A stretch of 64,000 nt of DNA from NCBI GenBank assembly GCA_002633005.1, contig NMRA01000006.1, forward strand, positions 452,677-516,676, written 5' to 3'. The notes beneath the pieces are model-generated. The model saw only the letters and a program-made list of their open reading frames with translations. It was not told the DNA's origin and searched no databases. This DNA is from Phoronis australis. Lineage: Eukaryota > Animalia > Phoronida. Positions 50,934 through 63,362 of the stretch are shown in pieces (positions within the stretch are counted from its first letter, which is position 1; every line of letters starts with the position of its first letter). The position numbers and the translations under genes are program-made.

Positions 50934-51918
50934 TCATCGTCAACGCCGTAAAACACCAGCCATATTGCAGTTCACCAAAACGTTGCGAGGTTTGAAAATC
51001 CATAAGTCGCACAAGCTCGCAAAAACACGAAGCTTGTTGCCTTCTATTCCAGTCTATCTAGGTCCTCACTGCATTGAATGAATAAAATTTCCAAGAGGAA
51101 GAATCTGTCATCTCGTGCTTAACTTAGCTTAGATTTTGATGGAAAAGTACGTGTTGATGAATGCATTAATTATTAAGTAAACTACCCGGATGTAAAGATA
51201 ACTGTATTCAACAGGAAACGGAATTGAAAATGTATAACAAAATACATGCATTTTCACGCATTACCATACCCTTTGTTTCCATGCAATGCACGTGGAAATA
51301 ATTACAGGCGCTCTACGTTTTAACAAAGATTTACACGCTCTACTAACATGGTCTTGTCCATATGAATATGCTTGACTTACTGCTTCGCTAGGGCCTCCAC
51401 AATTCTTTTGATGCCCTAAGAGACCGCACTGAGGTAAAGCGCCTCTCATAGCCTTGTATCGGCGTAGCAATTCTCATGGTCTTGCTGCAATTCCGTGGCA
51501 AACGTTTCAACCAATCTGATTTACAGATAACCCGCCACAAAGCAAATCGCTTCTTACTCAAAATAATCACACATGCAATTGCGCCACACATAAAATTGTT
51601 CTCAATAAGTCCCGTATTTAAATAATGGACACGAGAATTTTTAAAAAAAAGTAATAAAAAATTTCCTTTGTAATGTTATTTCTTTAGTCTTGCTATGGTT
51701 AGATGGAATGAACACGCATCTGCGGATGAATATCAAAACACGGTTTAATTACATGAACAGTGATGTCAATCTTACCTCGTCACAATAATAAAAATACCAA
51801 TTGCGAGGCCTTTTTCGTATAAAGACCGTTCTTGAATAATTGCTATGCCACCAACGGATCTGACATTGCCTTCCAATGTTAAGGAGTTAGGCTGTTTAAC
51901 GGCAACGATCGCAGGCAA

Positions 51919-52084
51919 CATGGGAGGACCAAGAATTTTGAGTTAGGGTGGGGTGGGGCAATGCAGAGTATTAGTCAGGATTTTGCCCGTCAGACATTCC
52001 CACCCCCCGAAATGCCAAATAGAATCTGGGAAAACCGTCGTTTTGGGGAGGGGGCCATTGCCCTCGTCCTTAAATCCGCTACTG
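51919..52084. mobile_element. Diverged copy of the 4501-4661 hAT-like MITE
   Basis: CAGAGTATTAGTCAGGATTTTGCCCGTCAGACATTC core and TAAATCCGCTACTG end. TSD not recognisable. Confidence 0.7.
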
Positions 52085-54029
52085 TACAGGCTCTGAATCA
52101 TAACAATACAGCAGTTTGCAAGCCATGGTACGTTTTGTCGGTTTGTTCACAAAAGCCACACACCAACATTCCCGAAGCACATCGCCTTAATTGGAAAGAT
52201 ACCGGGATTTTTTGTATCTACGCCTCCTCGAGCCATTTTTGAAAATTCTCTGAATAAAAGGTTAACCCTAGGCGCATACAAGTACTTGACCGGGGAAAGA
52301 GAAGTTATGGACGTCGTCGTTGTTTCTCACCTTAACCATAGTCCAACTGACAAACCACCAATGATACATTACCACCATGTAAATTCAAACATGCCTTGGA
52401 CTAACTTGCTCAGCTACTCGTTTTTGACAACCATCCTCAAACGGACGTTCTCGGCGAGAAATTATCAGATGCGCAGACGTGAGCTCACTATCTTCACAGG
52501 AGTGGCCAAACGCTCTAGTAACGAGTCAAATCCCCTGCGCTAAGTAGTAACAGAGTGTCAAACGTATTTTCATAGTAAAGACATCGGTCCTGATTTCAGC
52601 CATTGTCTGGTAGAGTCAATGGTGAAATTGGCGATTTGTATTAATATCACAAATACAATGTTTTTTATAGCTCTGGTCAAACATAAGGACTTCAAGAAGT
52701 TTTATATCTCATCTAAAAGTAATTCCAAAAATGCGTTTTTCGGCCACAAAACCAATAACGCCTTTTAAGCGCCTCAGGGAAATTTTGAAATCTGGTCAAT
52801 CCTTAAAGTGTTCCTCCATGACCCTGTGTCTCAAAAATAATGTTATTAATACATCGTAAGAGATTTAATAACCTTTTGTATACTTGTTGCTACGAAACAA
52901 GCCAAACCTTTTTTAAACAGTATTTTTCTTTTATCGGATTCTGCGCAATAGCTGGAAGACCGTTTCCGCCGTGACCATTGCGATACTGAGGAGTTGTGGG
53001 AAAGTCTTGGATAGCTGCCTTTTTCAGACATGAAGAATTGCGTTTGTGGAGGCTGCAGCTTGACTGAGAACGTCTCTGGGTTCAAAGCCTCTAAAGACGT
53101 GAGAGTTGGGCAGCCAGCATCGGTTTGTGCGCCGTAGGAGAGAGTGGAATGACAGTGTGGAACATGCGAGTCGGTCGGGGAGCCAAATTTTGTTCGGTAT
53201 ACATGTATTTCAGTCAAGGAATCGTGTTTCGACCAAACGCAAAAGCGGTGTTACGATGAAGGACTCGCCACCTTGTAAGTGTATTAACTTACAAATTTTA
53301 TAAATAACGAACAAACTACCAGGCCCTCGCACCCGTCCCAGATGAAATAGCCTTTGTCAGTGATTATTAAATGTCTATTTTGTGAATATTGACCAACCTT
53401 GGTTCAGTTGGTTATGACTCACAAACAATCTGTATGTTTGCGGCACTTCTCGCGTAAGTGGGTCGAGTTCACAAGACCTCAAAGCCAACGAAAGTTCGTT
53501 AAGAGGGAAATCGAATTCGTTGTCTGATTCTTCTGGTACTGCATAATAGTTGTCCAGACAGTTCTCGCTCCAAATCGTCTTCGTCTTCTGATCTGTTGTG
53601 TTCCGCCATTTCAATTAATTGTCAAGTGACCAAACGTCTCCACTGAACCCATTACATCACTTGGCGGGAAACTTGGAAATAACAAAATTTTTCTTCAAAA
53701 TTAAAACATTGCAATTACCTTGCATAGAAAGTGCTGGTTTAGTTAGATTTTTTGGTATTCATTTCATATTAGCTTACCGAAATCTCAGAAACAAAGGAAA
53801 TGCACAAGGGAACTGTTAAAGTAACCCACGTGCTTAAGGTTACTTAGAACATTGCAGACAGGTCTTTACATTTAATCGCAATATCTACATTAACTATTAG
53901 AATTTGACAAAAAGTATATATTTTCTGAAATTAAAAATGACATAGAATTTGATTCTTACTTTATACCAATCTGCCACTAATTAAGCCACGTGACTTTAGG
54001 AAAACTTAGCAAAACGTGAGAAAGGTGCA

Positions 54030-54032
<3 letters not shown>

Positions 54033-54086
<54 letters not shown>

Positions 54087-54088
54087 AC
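54033..54088. repeat. (CA)n microsatellite
   Basis: Direct reading. Confidence 0.95.
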
Positions 54089-54517
54089 TCTTACATATAT
54101 ACTGTACCAACGAAATATCCCCTTTACATAGCACAGCGGTTGGTGTCGCGGTTTTCTAACTGATTCGTGATTACCAAATAAGAACGTCACGCAACTGTTC
54201 ACAACTTTGCAAACATTTGGGAAGGGAGGGGGTAAAAGAAAGAGGCAAAGTAGGCAGGTAGAATCTCACATTTTGCTCAAGCAGACGTGACATGCGACTT
54301 GGTTGCGATACACGATAATCCGATTAACAACTACTTTGGCAGAAGCTGAAAGTGATAGAAAATTAATCGAAACTTAATACAAAATCTTGTTTTAAAACAT
54401 ACCTTAATTTACATTCAAAATGTTATTTTCAGCTTGCTTAAGTACGAATGTTCAAGATGATTAACCTTTTATTTCACATAATAGCAACTGTAGGCCTATT
54501 TACACGTAGACAACAGG

Positions 54518-55012
54518 ATGTCCGTTATGAGTCATATACGGGAGAAGGTGGCGCAACTGGCCTCTTCGACGCACGCGATGAGGGCGCCAGTGCACACTAA
54601 AGTGAGTGAAGTTGCAGAGGAGGTCATCTCCACAAAACCACTTCAAGTGACTTCAAACCAACTAGATTGCAACCATTGTGAAGCCTTGAACAAGAGCGTA
54701 GACCCAAGGTGTCCGTATCGGAAGTCCTGCCAGTGCTCTGATTGCAGGAAAATGGATGGCAACCAATCGGTCGCACCTTTAAACCATCCTCACCAAATCC
54801 CAAGTGATGGCGCCACGAGACAGCAAGGGAAAGGTTCAGACAGTCACTGGTCCTCCCTGTTATTTCCGACTGCAGCGATTACTGGACTCGGAGGCATGGC
54901 AGCAGTGGTGGGCAATAGTCTGGAACCAGGGTCTGGCGAAGCGAGCGACGATGGCAAACATGATCATCAAATAGATGGCGATAAGTACACATGGGCCTTT
55001 ATGTGGTACTGA
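54518..55012 (+). CDS. Hypothetical 164-aa protein with a Cys6 cluster (DM-like), a Gly/Ala hydrophobic segment and an aromatic C-terminus
   Basis: ATG-initiated ORF, more GC-rich than its flanks. Possible acceptor just upstream (tttacacgtag). AATAAA at 55098-55103. Confidence 0.6.
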   Translation: MSVMSHIREKVAQLASSTHAMRAPVHTKVSEVAEEVISTKPLQVTSNQLDCNHCEALNKSVDPRCPYRKSCQCSDCRKMDGNQSVAPLNHPHQIPSDGATRQQGKGSDSHWSSLLFPTAAITGLGGMAAVVGNSLEPGSGEASDDGKHDHQIDGDKYTWAFMWY

Positions 55013-55964
55013 ACGATTACACGGTGAATGATGGATTAGGTCGCTGTTAACGAAGGACACCACTTAAACTTGAAAAAATGCCTGTTTAAATAGATTAAAT
55101 AAAGCCCTTTCTTTACAAGGTTTGGTTGGTTGAATTACAGCTCGTTATTGTCCGGATTGTAGTGCTTTCCGGACTGCAAAATTTAGAAAACAACGGGACT
55201 CTGCCGTGGCTTACATGTTCGTGTACTATCCGTTGTCGTTCTCCAATGATTTACCAGGAAAAAGAGACATCGTGCCTGTCCGCCGACAGAATAACTATTG
55301 GCCTTGAGTGTTATAGCTGCTTGTGGTCGCACTTTGTTGTAGGACCTTAATCGAAATGGGTTTTCATTTTTTTACCCGCAGTGTGGTTAGGTGACTAAGA
55401 AAACCACCGTTCTTGAGATTAAACGACCGACATGCCTCGATATATATGTATATTGAAAGCTATGGATGAAGCGAGATCAAAAGCACTTGGTATTGATCGC
55501 GGGAAGTGCTAACCGCAAAACCAACTTACGTGTACCTGTGCCGCTCAGTCAGCTGTTTACTGTCACACAAACAGCGCACAAACATAAGACAAGTTCTAGA
55601 GTTCTGGAGACTGAATTTTTTCATTCGCAGAAATCGTGTATTAGTTTCCACAACCAGTTGATAATTTTAAAGACCGGATCTGAATAGTTTTTGACCGGTG
55701 TATCTAAAAAGCTGGAATTGTAAATATTTTCCAAAACATTGGTTATTAAATAGAACTTGCCAGTTTCGGAAATTTCCAACAAGAGATCAAAGCTTCATTC
55801 TCATGCTTGGAAAGTCTTACGCTTTTAGTTTAAAAGGTACTTTGCGTCTTCTTTTAATGATTTCCATTTACGTCATAGAGTTCGGACAAAAATAATTGAA
55901 AAATACCCCTTGGTACCTGTAATCTGTTTACTCGAACTCGGATCAAAAGTTGACCAAGTACGTG

Positions 55965-56073
55965 NNNNNNNNNNNNNNNNNNNNNNNNNNNNNNNNNNNN
56001 NNNNNNNNNNNNNNNNNNNNNNNNNNNNNNNNNNNNNNNNNNNNNNNNNNNNNNNNNNNNNNNNNNNNNNNNN
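55965..56073. other. Assembly gap
   Basis: Run of N. Confidence 1.
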
Positions 56074-56584
56074 TCCAGTTAACTGAAAAAATGCACTTGA
56101 GTCATGTAGCGTGATGGCTGAAGTTTTAAGTCAGAGTCTGGGTAGAGTCCAGAGACCTTGGCTCCGACCCGTTGATCAGAGAAATTTGTAGCCGTGGTAA
56201 CAATAATGCTCCAGCTCGATGCATCTCTTACGGAATTAGCCGATTTCTATGATATTTAAGGAACGACATTTTCAAAACAAAGTGTCCGAAGTACGCGTCT
56301 GAGTTTTAATTAATCTGTTTTTAGATTAAATTTTAATTTTAGAAAAATAGTACTTAGAAGACACTTAGCCACATCCTACTCCAAAACCAAACATACCACA
56401 ACTAACAAATTTTTCATTTGGCTTCCTAACTTGCGAATCATGCATTCAAGTGTATTTGGGGCTTGCTTTAGAGGTCTCGACGTTTAATTCGTCTAAATCG
56501 TGCGTCTGTGGTTGTAGATTGTTGATGACAAGCAAAACTGTATAGTTACAACACTTGTTTACAACAGGCTATTTTTAGATGGAT

Positions 56585-57090
56585 TGTTTCGTCGTACCTT
56601 GTGTTTAAGGTCATGTAGACTCCTAGAGAGATGTGCAAATTTGGGTGATTTCGGAACGCCATAGTCTCAGAAATAACATTTAGAATACATATGGAATTTT
56701 TACATACATCATTCTCCAAAAATGCTGCTGAAATCGCCTTTAATTTTTTATTTTTTAATGAGAGGCTATTAAAATATGGCTTTTATAACTATTACAAAAA
56801 ACTGTTGCATAAAATGAAAACGAAACGACGTTTTAGAAAACTAAATAACAAAATTTTGAGAGTTCACCTTGAATTTTTATATCCAATAATATTTAGTCAT
56901 GTTATTTATACCATTATTCCTGTAATCAATGTACCTTTTTTCTTGGTGAACTTTACTAAAAAGATTGTTACGTGACCCAATTAATGACACTGACATAAAT
57001 TCAAAAATAAAAGCATATTGGCTTTCCACTTTCAGAAAACAAACATATACTTTCACAGAGCTAATTTCAACAGTTTTGTGAGTATTGGTC
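56585..57090 (+). repeat. Dispersed repeat family R1, longest copy
   Basis: Starts TTAAGGTCATGTAGAC (cf. TTAAGGTAACCTAGGAC at 59795). Shares blocks with 25570-25975 and, inverted, 5190-5460. Confidence 0.6.
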
Positions 57091-57432
57091 AAATGCACAG
57101 CCTTGTCGACGAGGAACTTTATACGTGTAGCCCTTCACGCCGTCCTATCCCTCTGTAGGTAGACGTGTCTTGGTACTATATGCAGATGAATTGGCTCCTT
57201 TTAAGGAATGCACATATTAAGACGAAAAACATGAATATTACACCACTTACTGCTGTAAAACATATAGTTTTTTAGAATTAAAAAGGCAATTATTTTGTCA
57301 AATTTTAAAAAATTGTGTGACATGTGTAGGGTATCGTAAACTCCGATTTAATCTAAGTAGAGTGAATGCTGAGCAAAACTTCTTCATTTGCAAAGATAGG
57401 AGTTAACTGTACTTGCTCGACTTCGAATGTCT

Positions 57433-57700
57433 CTAAACTTTATAATAATACAAATAATATGTCCATGGTTCCGGTACGTAAAAAAATCCGGTATATTTAT
57501 GTCGCATGGCTTTGTCATCCCACAGAAAACCGACCCACGTGACCACGAACACGTGCGCTAGCAGGGTAGTCCAGAATAAAAAAGTCCCATTGCTGTCCGA
57601 GTTTTCATTGTGGCACATTCTAGCGTATGCTGTATACATCAACATGAACAGGAACATGGCGAAGAACGCTGGGAAAATCTGCCCTTCTGTTGCTAAGTAC
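57433..57700 (-). CDS. CLN6: CLN6 terminal exon
   Basis: gttctag acceptor. Reads (W)YLATEGQIF..DSNGTFLF..WVGFLWDDKAMRHKYTGFFYVPEPWTYY, matching CLN6 YLVTEGQIF..DSNG..WLWND..KYPG..YVPEPW. Confidence 0.95.
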
Positions 57701-57820
57701 CTAGAACACAAAGAGGAAGAATCTTTGCAAGCAATCTTTATATTTCAATAAAAATGTCCTTGAGTCATTTCTGTGAGCTCACGACAAAATTTATTTCAGG
57801 CATCTTCATGCATTTTTTTA

Positions 57821-58030
57821 GGAGGCAGTGTGGCCTAGTGTCAGGTCGTGGGTTCGAGTCCCACTGGGACACAATGTTAGACCATTGGGTCAGGTCTCCA
57901 GCTTCTCAGCTCAATTTTAACTATAAAGGATAAATGATGAGCGCAATGGGCCCACCAGAACGGCCTACGCACACCTAGTACGGGCTTTCAAGGTGTCAGC
58001 ACCAGACGGCCTGTAATTATTATTTTATTT
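57821..58030 (+). mobile_element. tRNA-derived SINE (internally deleted head)
   Basis: A-box TGGCCTAGTG and B-box GGTTCGAGTCC are too close together for a tRNA. Unrelated body and ATT/T-rich tail. Confidence 0.65.
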
Positions 58031-58652
58031 TTACATGCATTTTTGCAGTGAAAAAGTGCGAATTTCAGCATGTGCAGATGTGCCGTTAATTAAGAAGTAT
58101 TTTATGAATCATTTCGAAGTCTACTTGACTTGTCGCGCTACATGAATCATTAAGGGAGGCGACTGATGTTTTCAACTTGCGTCGCAGCACCACATGGCGG
58201 CAAATGAAGCCGTACTCTTGGTTTAGAGTGTGGAAATGAACTGAATCATATTTTAGTAATTTTTTAAGAAAGGCTATTGACGCAATTGCCCTCATTTTCT
58301 TACATAAGGACAGAAGTTGGATTGCCACGGAGATTTTAAAGTCCACAGAGGCACCGGCCATCTTTGAAAAGCTCTAACTAATTGGTTCGTGTTTTGGGGT
58401 GGAACCCTTGGTTATGCTTCTAATAGGGCGAGTTGGCGTGTTCCTATTACACACGTGATGAAATCATAGACCGAATAGAGTTCATGGAGTACTTAAAGAG
58501 AATGATTCACTGCCGATAATTTGCTTGCAGTTTGAAGTGGTGCGCATTCGGCTCGACTTGCAATAAAACGCTTAGCAGGTTTTAAAACGAGGGCTATTAA
58601 CTTAAAAGCTGTGTAATTAACAATTTTCTTAACATGAATAATAAATAAATAA

Positions 58653-58657
<5 letters not shown>

Positions 58658-58698
<41 letters not shown>
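58658..58698. repeat. (TA)n microsatellite
   Basis: Direct reading. Confidence 0.95.
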
Positions 58699-58705
<7 letters not shown>

Positions 58706-58770
58706 GTTATTTTTGTAAGCTAAATGTAAAACAATAACCATTGGTATACCTCCGTAATTCAAATACTCAC

Positions 58771-58893
58771 CAATAAAACAAAGCACTGATCAGGACAAGA
58801 GGTGCGGCCATGACCGGAAGTCGCGAGCTGTTCGCGTCACGGGTGAAACAACTCGTGTAGTATATACACAGCAAGGCAAACAGTGGTAAATAC
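58771..58893 (-). CDS. CLN6: CLN6 internal exon (123 bp)
   Basis: tttacag acceptor and gtgagt donor, phase 2/2. Reads (W)YLPLFALLCIYYTSCFTRDANSSRLPVMAAPLVLISALFY(W). Not in the ORF track. Confidence 0.92.
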
Positions 58894-59349
58894 CTGTAAA
58901 GCACATTGAAACAAGGAAGTGAAAAAAAATTGTCTCGTATATCATATTCATCAATCGATAACCTCCATCAAAGATTCATGAAGATCTCAATACTCTAGCC
59001 ATAATGCAATCATGCTTGTTCTTAACTGTCTTAACTATGTCTAGTTCCTGGGATCATTTTAAAGGCATGGGTTTTTAAAAATTAAAATCAATCAAAAGTA
59101 ATCAAGACATGAAATCTTTTATCAGAATGTAAAGGATTTGTTTTACACTTTTCTGTCTATTTCTATAAAGTGCTTGCTTTTCAACATGGCGAATGGGATT
59201 TCCATTAAATGTTCTGCAGTAAGAAGTGGATAAAAAGGGTTTCAAAATGCCAAAACTGATGAAAATTTGCAAAATTTTGCTTCAATGCATCTTCAATTAA
59301 GTTACTTAAGTAATTTTGACAGAGTTACCATCCTAAACTTGTTGAAACC

Positions 59350-59660
59350 CTGAATGCACTGACTCGCAGTCAAGGAGAAGATCGATTTCGAAACAGGTTA
59401 ACCCTCGTTCAAATACATTTTGGGTCTAACTCCCAATAATTCTAGTACTTTTGACTCCGTATCGACCATCAGAAGTAAAGACGTCTTCCTTCCGAGAGCT
59501 GTTTTCCGCTCCACTAACTCATCAGGTGACTGCCCATTTCCTGTATAAGACCCATTCAGCAGAGCGTCATCTACGTTGCTCATTCCCCCTATGCTCACGA
59601 CTGTCTTTCATACCCTCTTTTAAGACTCATCTTTTCAAAACTGCGTTTAGCTGCGTTCAG
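59350..59660 (+). mobile_element. Decayed L2-type LINE 3' fragment
   Basis: H*LAVKEKIDF..FKYILGLTP..PYRPS..SFKTHLFKTAF matches the L2 ORF2 C-terminus (HWLPV..RIDFK..GLAP..LKTHLF..AF). Confidence 0.7.
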
Positions 59661-59974
59661 TATTTGAGATCATTTTAAATAAATATCAACATAAAACTTA
59701 AAATAATCAATTGAAAGTAATAAACGAATAAAACTGTTAAGTTGTGGGGTTATTCTTCGGCGTCTACTCCCGTATATAAAGAAAAAGCGTCCAGTTAAGG
59801 TAACCTAGGACACCAGAAATTTTTTCAAATTGGGTGGCTTCGGAACCATGTATCTCAAAAATGGCTGATTGGATTCATATGAAACTTTTTACATACTGCA
59901 CTTAATGCACTGCTCTGCAAGAAGCTGTTAGGAATTGTTTTAAAAGATCCCAATTTTGCATGGGGGACTATTAA

Positions 59975-60517
59975 AGAGGCCTGGAACACGATAAACAGAC
60001 TAAATTGCAATGTTGAAAGTGGTTCTCTGCCACTGAAACAGAATTCAACTTGCTCACCAGGTGTTTTTAGGGTTTGTTCGTAAATATTTTCAATTTCTGT
60101 TGATATCAAAGCATTTTATTTTATTTTAAACTACAAGAAAACGATCTGTCAATTGTTCGGCACTTAATCGATTTTTCTCCCACAAGACAAAACGTGTCTC
60201 TTTATTTGGTACGGCAAGACAAAGACGAAGCAAATTTCCCTTAGATGGAAAATGTGACCTTCGTCCTCAAGCGACTTCAAGCGACTGAGTGTGAGCGCAT
60301 GCGCACATTTATTATAACTGGGAGGGAGATTAAAAACTCCGTGGTAACCACAGAGTTTTTCCTTTGCACGTATTTCAAAAATGGTGAATTTTGCGACTTT
60401 TTCTGTAAATTTCCTCATAAAGGAAAGAGAACTCCTCTGTACTCAGTGCGAGATGGTACTATCGTGAGGAATTGTAATAAAATATATTTTTGAGGAGCTT
60501 TCACTTTCCATGCCTCT
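59975..60517. mobile_element. Kolobok-like MITE
   Basis: TTAA|AGAGGCCTGGAA ... TTCCATGCCTCT|TGAA: a 12-bp TIR with 1 mismatch, and a TSD with 1 mismatch. Confidence 0.5.
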
Positions 60518-61183
60518 TGAAGAAATATGACTGTCTTATTAAATGATTTTTATGAAAAACGTCCGCGTTCATGGAAGTAGATCGAAACACTGATAGACAT
60601 GACTCGACTTGAGGAGAAGCAAAAAAGCGGTTTTTTGATTACTTCCTTTTTTATTCAAACCATTTTTTTAACCCCCTTTTCAACAGGACACTGTCACTCT
60701 AAAAAACTTCGAATAGACAAGTCACCAATAAACAATTACAAAAAAGGCTTGCATGTGCATGTGTCAACTTCTAGTTTTAAATTTGTACTTCGTTTTTGAA
60801 ATTTAGCAAATACACAAACTTCAGTCATAATTTCAGTTTCACATAAAAATTCAAGTGAATTTTAACTTAACTAAAACTCTAGCACGGATTTTAATCTTAA
60901 TTGCATTGGACGTCAAATTATGTGATTTCGTAGAAATTGATCAAGTAATGGCTGAGAACTCAAGCATACTGCCACGACAGTGAAATTGTGAACTGGGATA
61001 GAAGTTTTACAATCATCACATTTGCTACGTGTGATGTTCCCGTTTTACTGTACGTGGTAAAACGATAGCGGAGAGTAAGCTCTACTATAAAATAGATACC
61101 TTGCCTGACAGCAATATTATGATGTGGTTTTTATTTAAATTTTTACTGTATCCTGGACAAAACCAACATGGCTACCCTGGCAC

Positions 61184-61842
61184 GGGTGTAATATTTTTAC
61201 TCGAAATCGAACCTCAAAATTATTTGTATGATTTTCCATTCTACTTTATAATCAACTAAGGACAAGTGAAAATTGTTCTGTACTCGAGTAGTACGAACAT
61301 CACGATTTATGTGCATGGCTGTGTAATCCTATTTTGCACTTGATGACCCTACCATTAAAACTATGAGTTCGAATCTGAATTCAAAGTCTCGAGTTCTAAC
61401 TAAAGTTTGTAGCTCAAACTTAGGGGTCATAAGGTGCGAATAAGAAATATTTTCTCATATGCGAAACCCACAATGTACTGGAACATAAAATATCGGGGGC
61501 CTGTTTCACACAAAGTGACTTAAGACTCAAGACAGAAATTTGATCTGACGACCACGTTTTACAGTTTCTTTATGAAGTTTTAGCCAAGTAATTACCAGCG
61601 CATTACGGACTAGAAATAATTTATAAAAATTATCTCGGTAATGAGCACTTATGCGCATATTATCAGAGACCTTGGCCTTGCACTTTTGCTCAAGTGAGAT
61701 TTGTTTTTCAGAAATTGTTACGTGGAGTGCAAGACCAAAATTTGCATGTATTTCTTAGTGGCTCGTCTTGAGTTCGAATTAAAAGAGAAGGGAAAGTGTG
61801 AACATATTTGAGAGTTGGATTTCGAGTAAAAAGATCAGACCC
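61184..61842. mobile_element. Decayed TIR element (Harbinger-like MITE)
   Basis: GGTGTAATATTTTTACTCGAAATCGAACCTCAAA vs revcomp GGTCTGATCTTTTTACTCGAAATCCAACTCTCAAA. A second GGGCCTGTTTCACACAAAG-type end lies at ~61497. Confidence 0.5.
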
Positions 61843-62965
61843 CAGGACCCTGCCTAGTGTTCGTTGTGATAAAGCTTTTTGGTGTTGTGGTGTGCTAGTA
61901 GGCCCTATTCCCCGTTCTTTACAGTCAGCTAACAGTTCTGAGCAGTGACATGGGTGAGTAAAGGGTTTTCAGAAATGGGATCAAATTACAACTTCGCTTG
62001 CAGTTTTCGAATCGATTTCATTTTTCCCAAAACATTTTAAATGAAGAATAAAGACTACAGGAGGCTAAAATTCAAAATTCAGTGTCCTACCCAATACATT
62101 GGTTCGACCCTCCTTACACTTTGCGAAGAGGCTTGTATTCGATTGAGAGCTGTACGTTGGTTTTCCAAACAAAATATGAAAATGACTTGTAAAGTTTGAA
62201 CCGAGCTACTTTAGACAAATGACAAAAATTGGTAAACTTTAGAAAAACATGTCTCATAAATGCCTTTGATTCAATTTGAATGGAACTTACAGATTGCTAC
62301 GATTTACACATGTCCATTTCATGTTCTCCATATTCTCCCAGGAATTAGTTTGAAAACGCTTCACCTTTGTACAAGTTGCTATAGAAAATTAGGGTGCTTT
62401 CAATTGTCATAAAAAGTAAAAGAATGAATCAAACAAAAAACGAAAACTTAATTTAGAAATATGTGATTGCGTTTTTGAGATTTCATCACGAAAATTTATA
62501 TTAAGACAAATTTGCTTATGTTATACAGTTGTTTTGGTGTGAACATAATTTCTTATTTATCGATTCTACTAAAAAACACGCAGTCACGTTACATAATTAA
62601 TGCCAGGTTAGTTATAGATCAAACTTTACATTCGTCGAACTTATGATTTCTAACTTCATAAATTATAACCATTGCTGGCCGGATAAATTTCACACTTCGA
62701 AAAATCTTTGGATGTAAGTTCAGGCAATAAAATTTACTTATTAAGGTACGCAAAGTGATCGGTATCAAATAACATATTCATTGAAAGACTTAGAATGTAA
62801 TTACCATTGTAATCAAGAGCTTATCTTGAAATAGCGAAGAAGGAGTATACTTTCCATGTGTTTAACACACATGCTTAAGACATGCTTTAAAAAACGCATA
62901 TTGTTTATATTCATCTTCGAAACCTTTAAAACGCGCAGCTGTTTAAATTCACGTTAGATGCTTAC

Positions 62966-63021
62966 CACATGTAATGTCCTATGACCTCGTCATAAAGATA
63001 CAGCACTTCAAATGAGTTAAT
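62966..63021 (-). CDS. CLN6: CLN6 internal exon (56 bp)
   Basis: gtttcag acceptor and gtaagc donor, phase 0/2. Reads INSFEVLYLYDEVIGHYM(W), matching CLN6 IDSFELLYYYDEYLGHCMW. Confidence 0.95.
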
Positions 63022-63362
63022 CTGAAACATTAAAAATAGCGGGGTTAAATGTGATTACGGTTTGCTAATGAAATCCCGTTTAATCAGGTTTGTTTGTGAA
63101 AGGTCAGGTGGTGCGAGTTTGCAGAGACAAAAATGCAATTAAATCAACGGACGCTGTGTATATTGCGAAGCACGAAAAAAGGACAGTGACCTACAGAAAT
63201 ACAGTATTCGGAAACTAACAAACAAATAAAATCAAAAATCGCCCTTGTCCCAACTTCAGAATCAAATTAAGTCGAGCGTAAATTTTGTGGTCCCAAATTC
63301 CAGACACTTTTCCATACTGGGTAATACATTATGTACCGTAATTCTTACGGCACTGTACTCAC

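Noticed and set aside
52846-53614. Two-exon minus-strand gene
   Set aside because: The strong ATG context (AAATGGCG) is out of frame with the longer ORF, stops interrupt the joined frames, and no homology was recognised.
57821-57870. tRNA gene
   Set aside because: The anticodon arm is missing between the A and B boxes; better explained as a SINE head.
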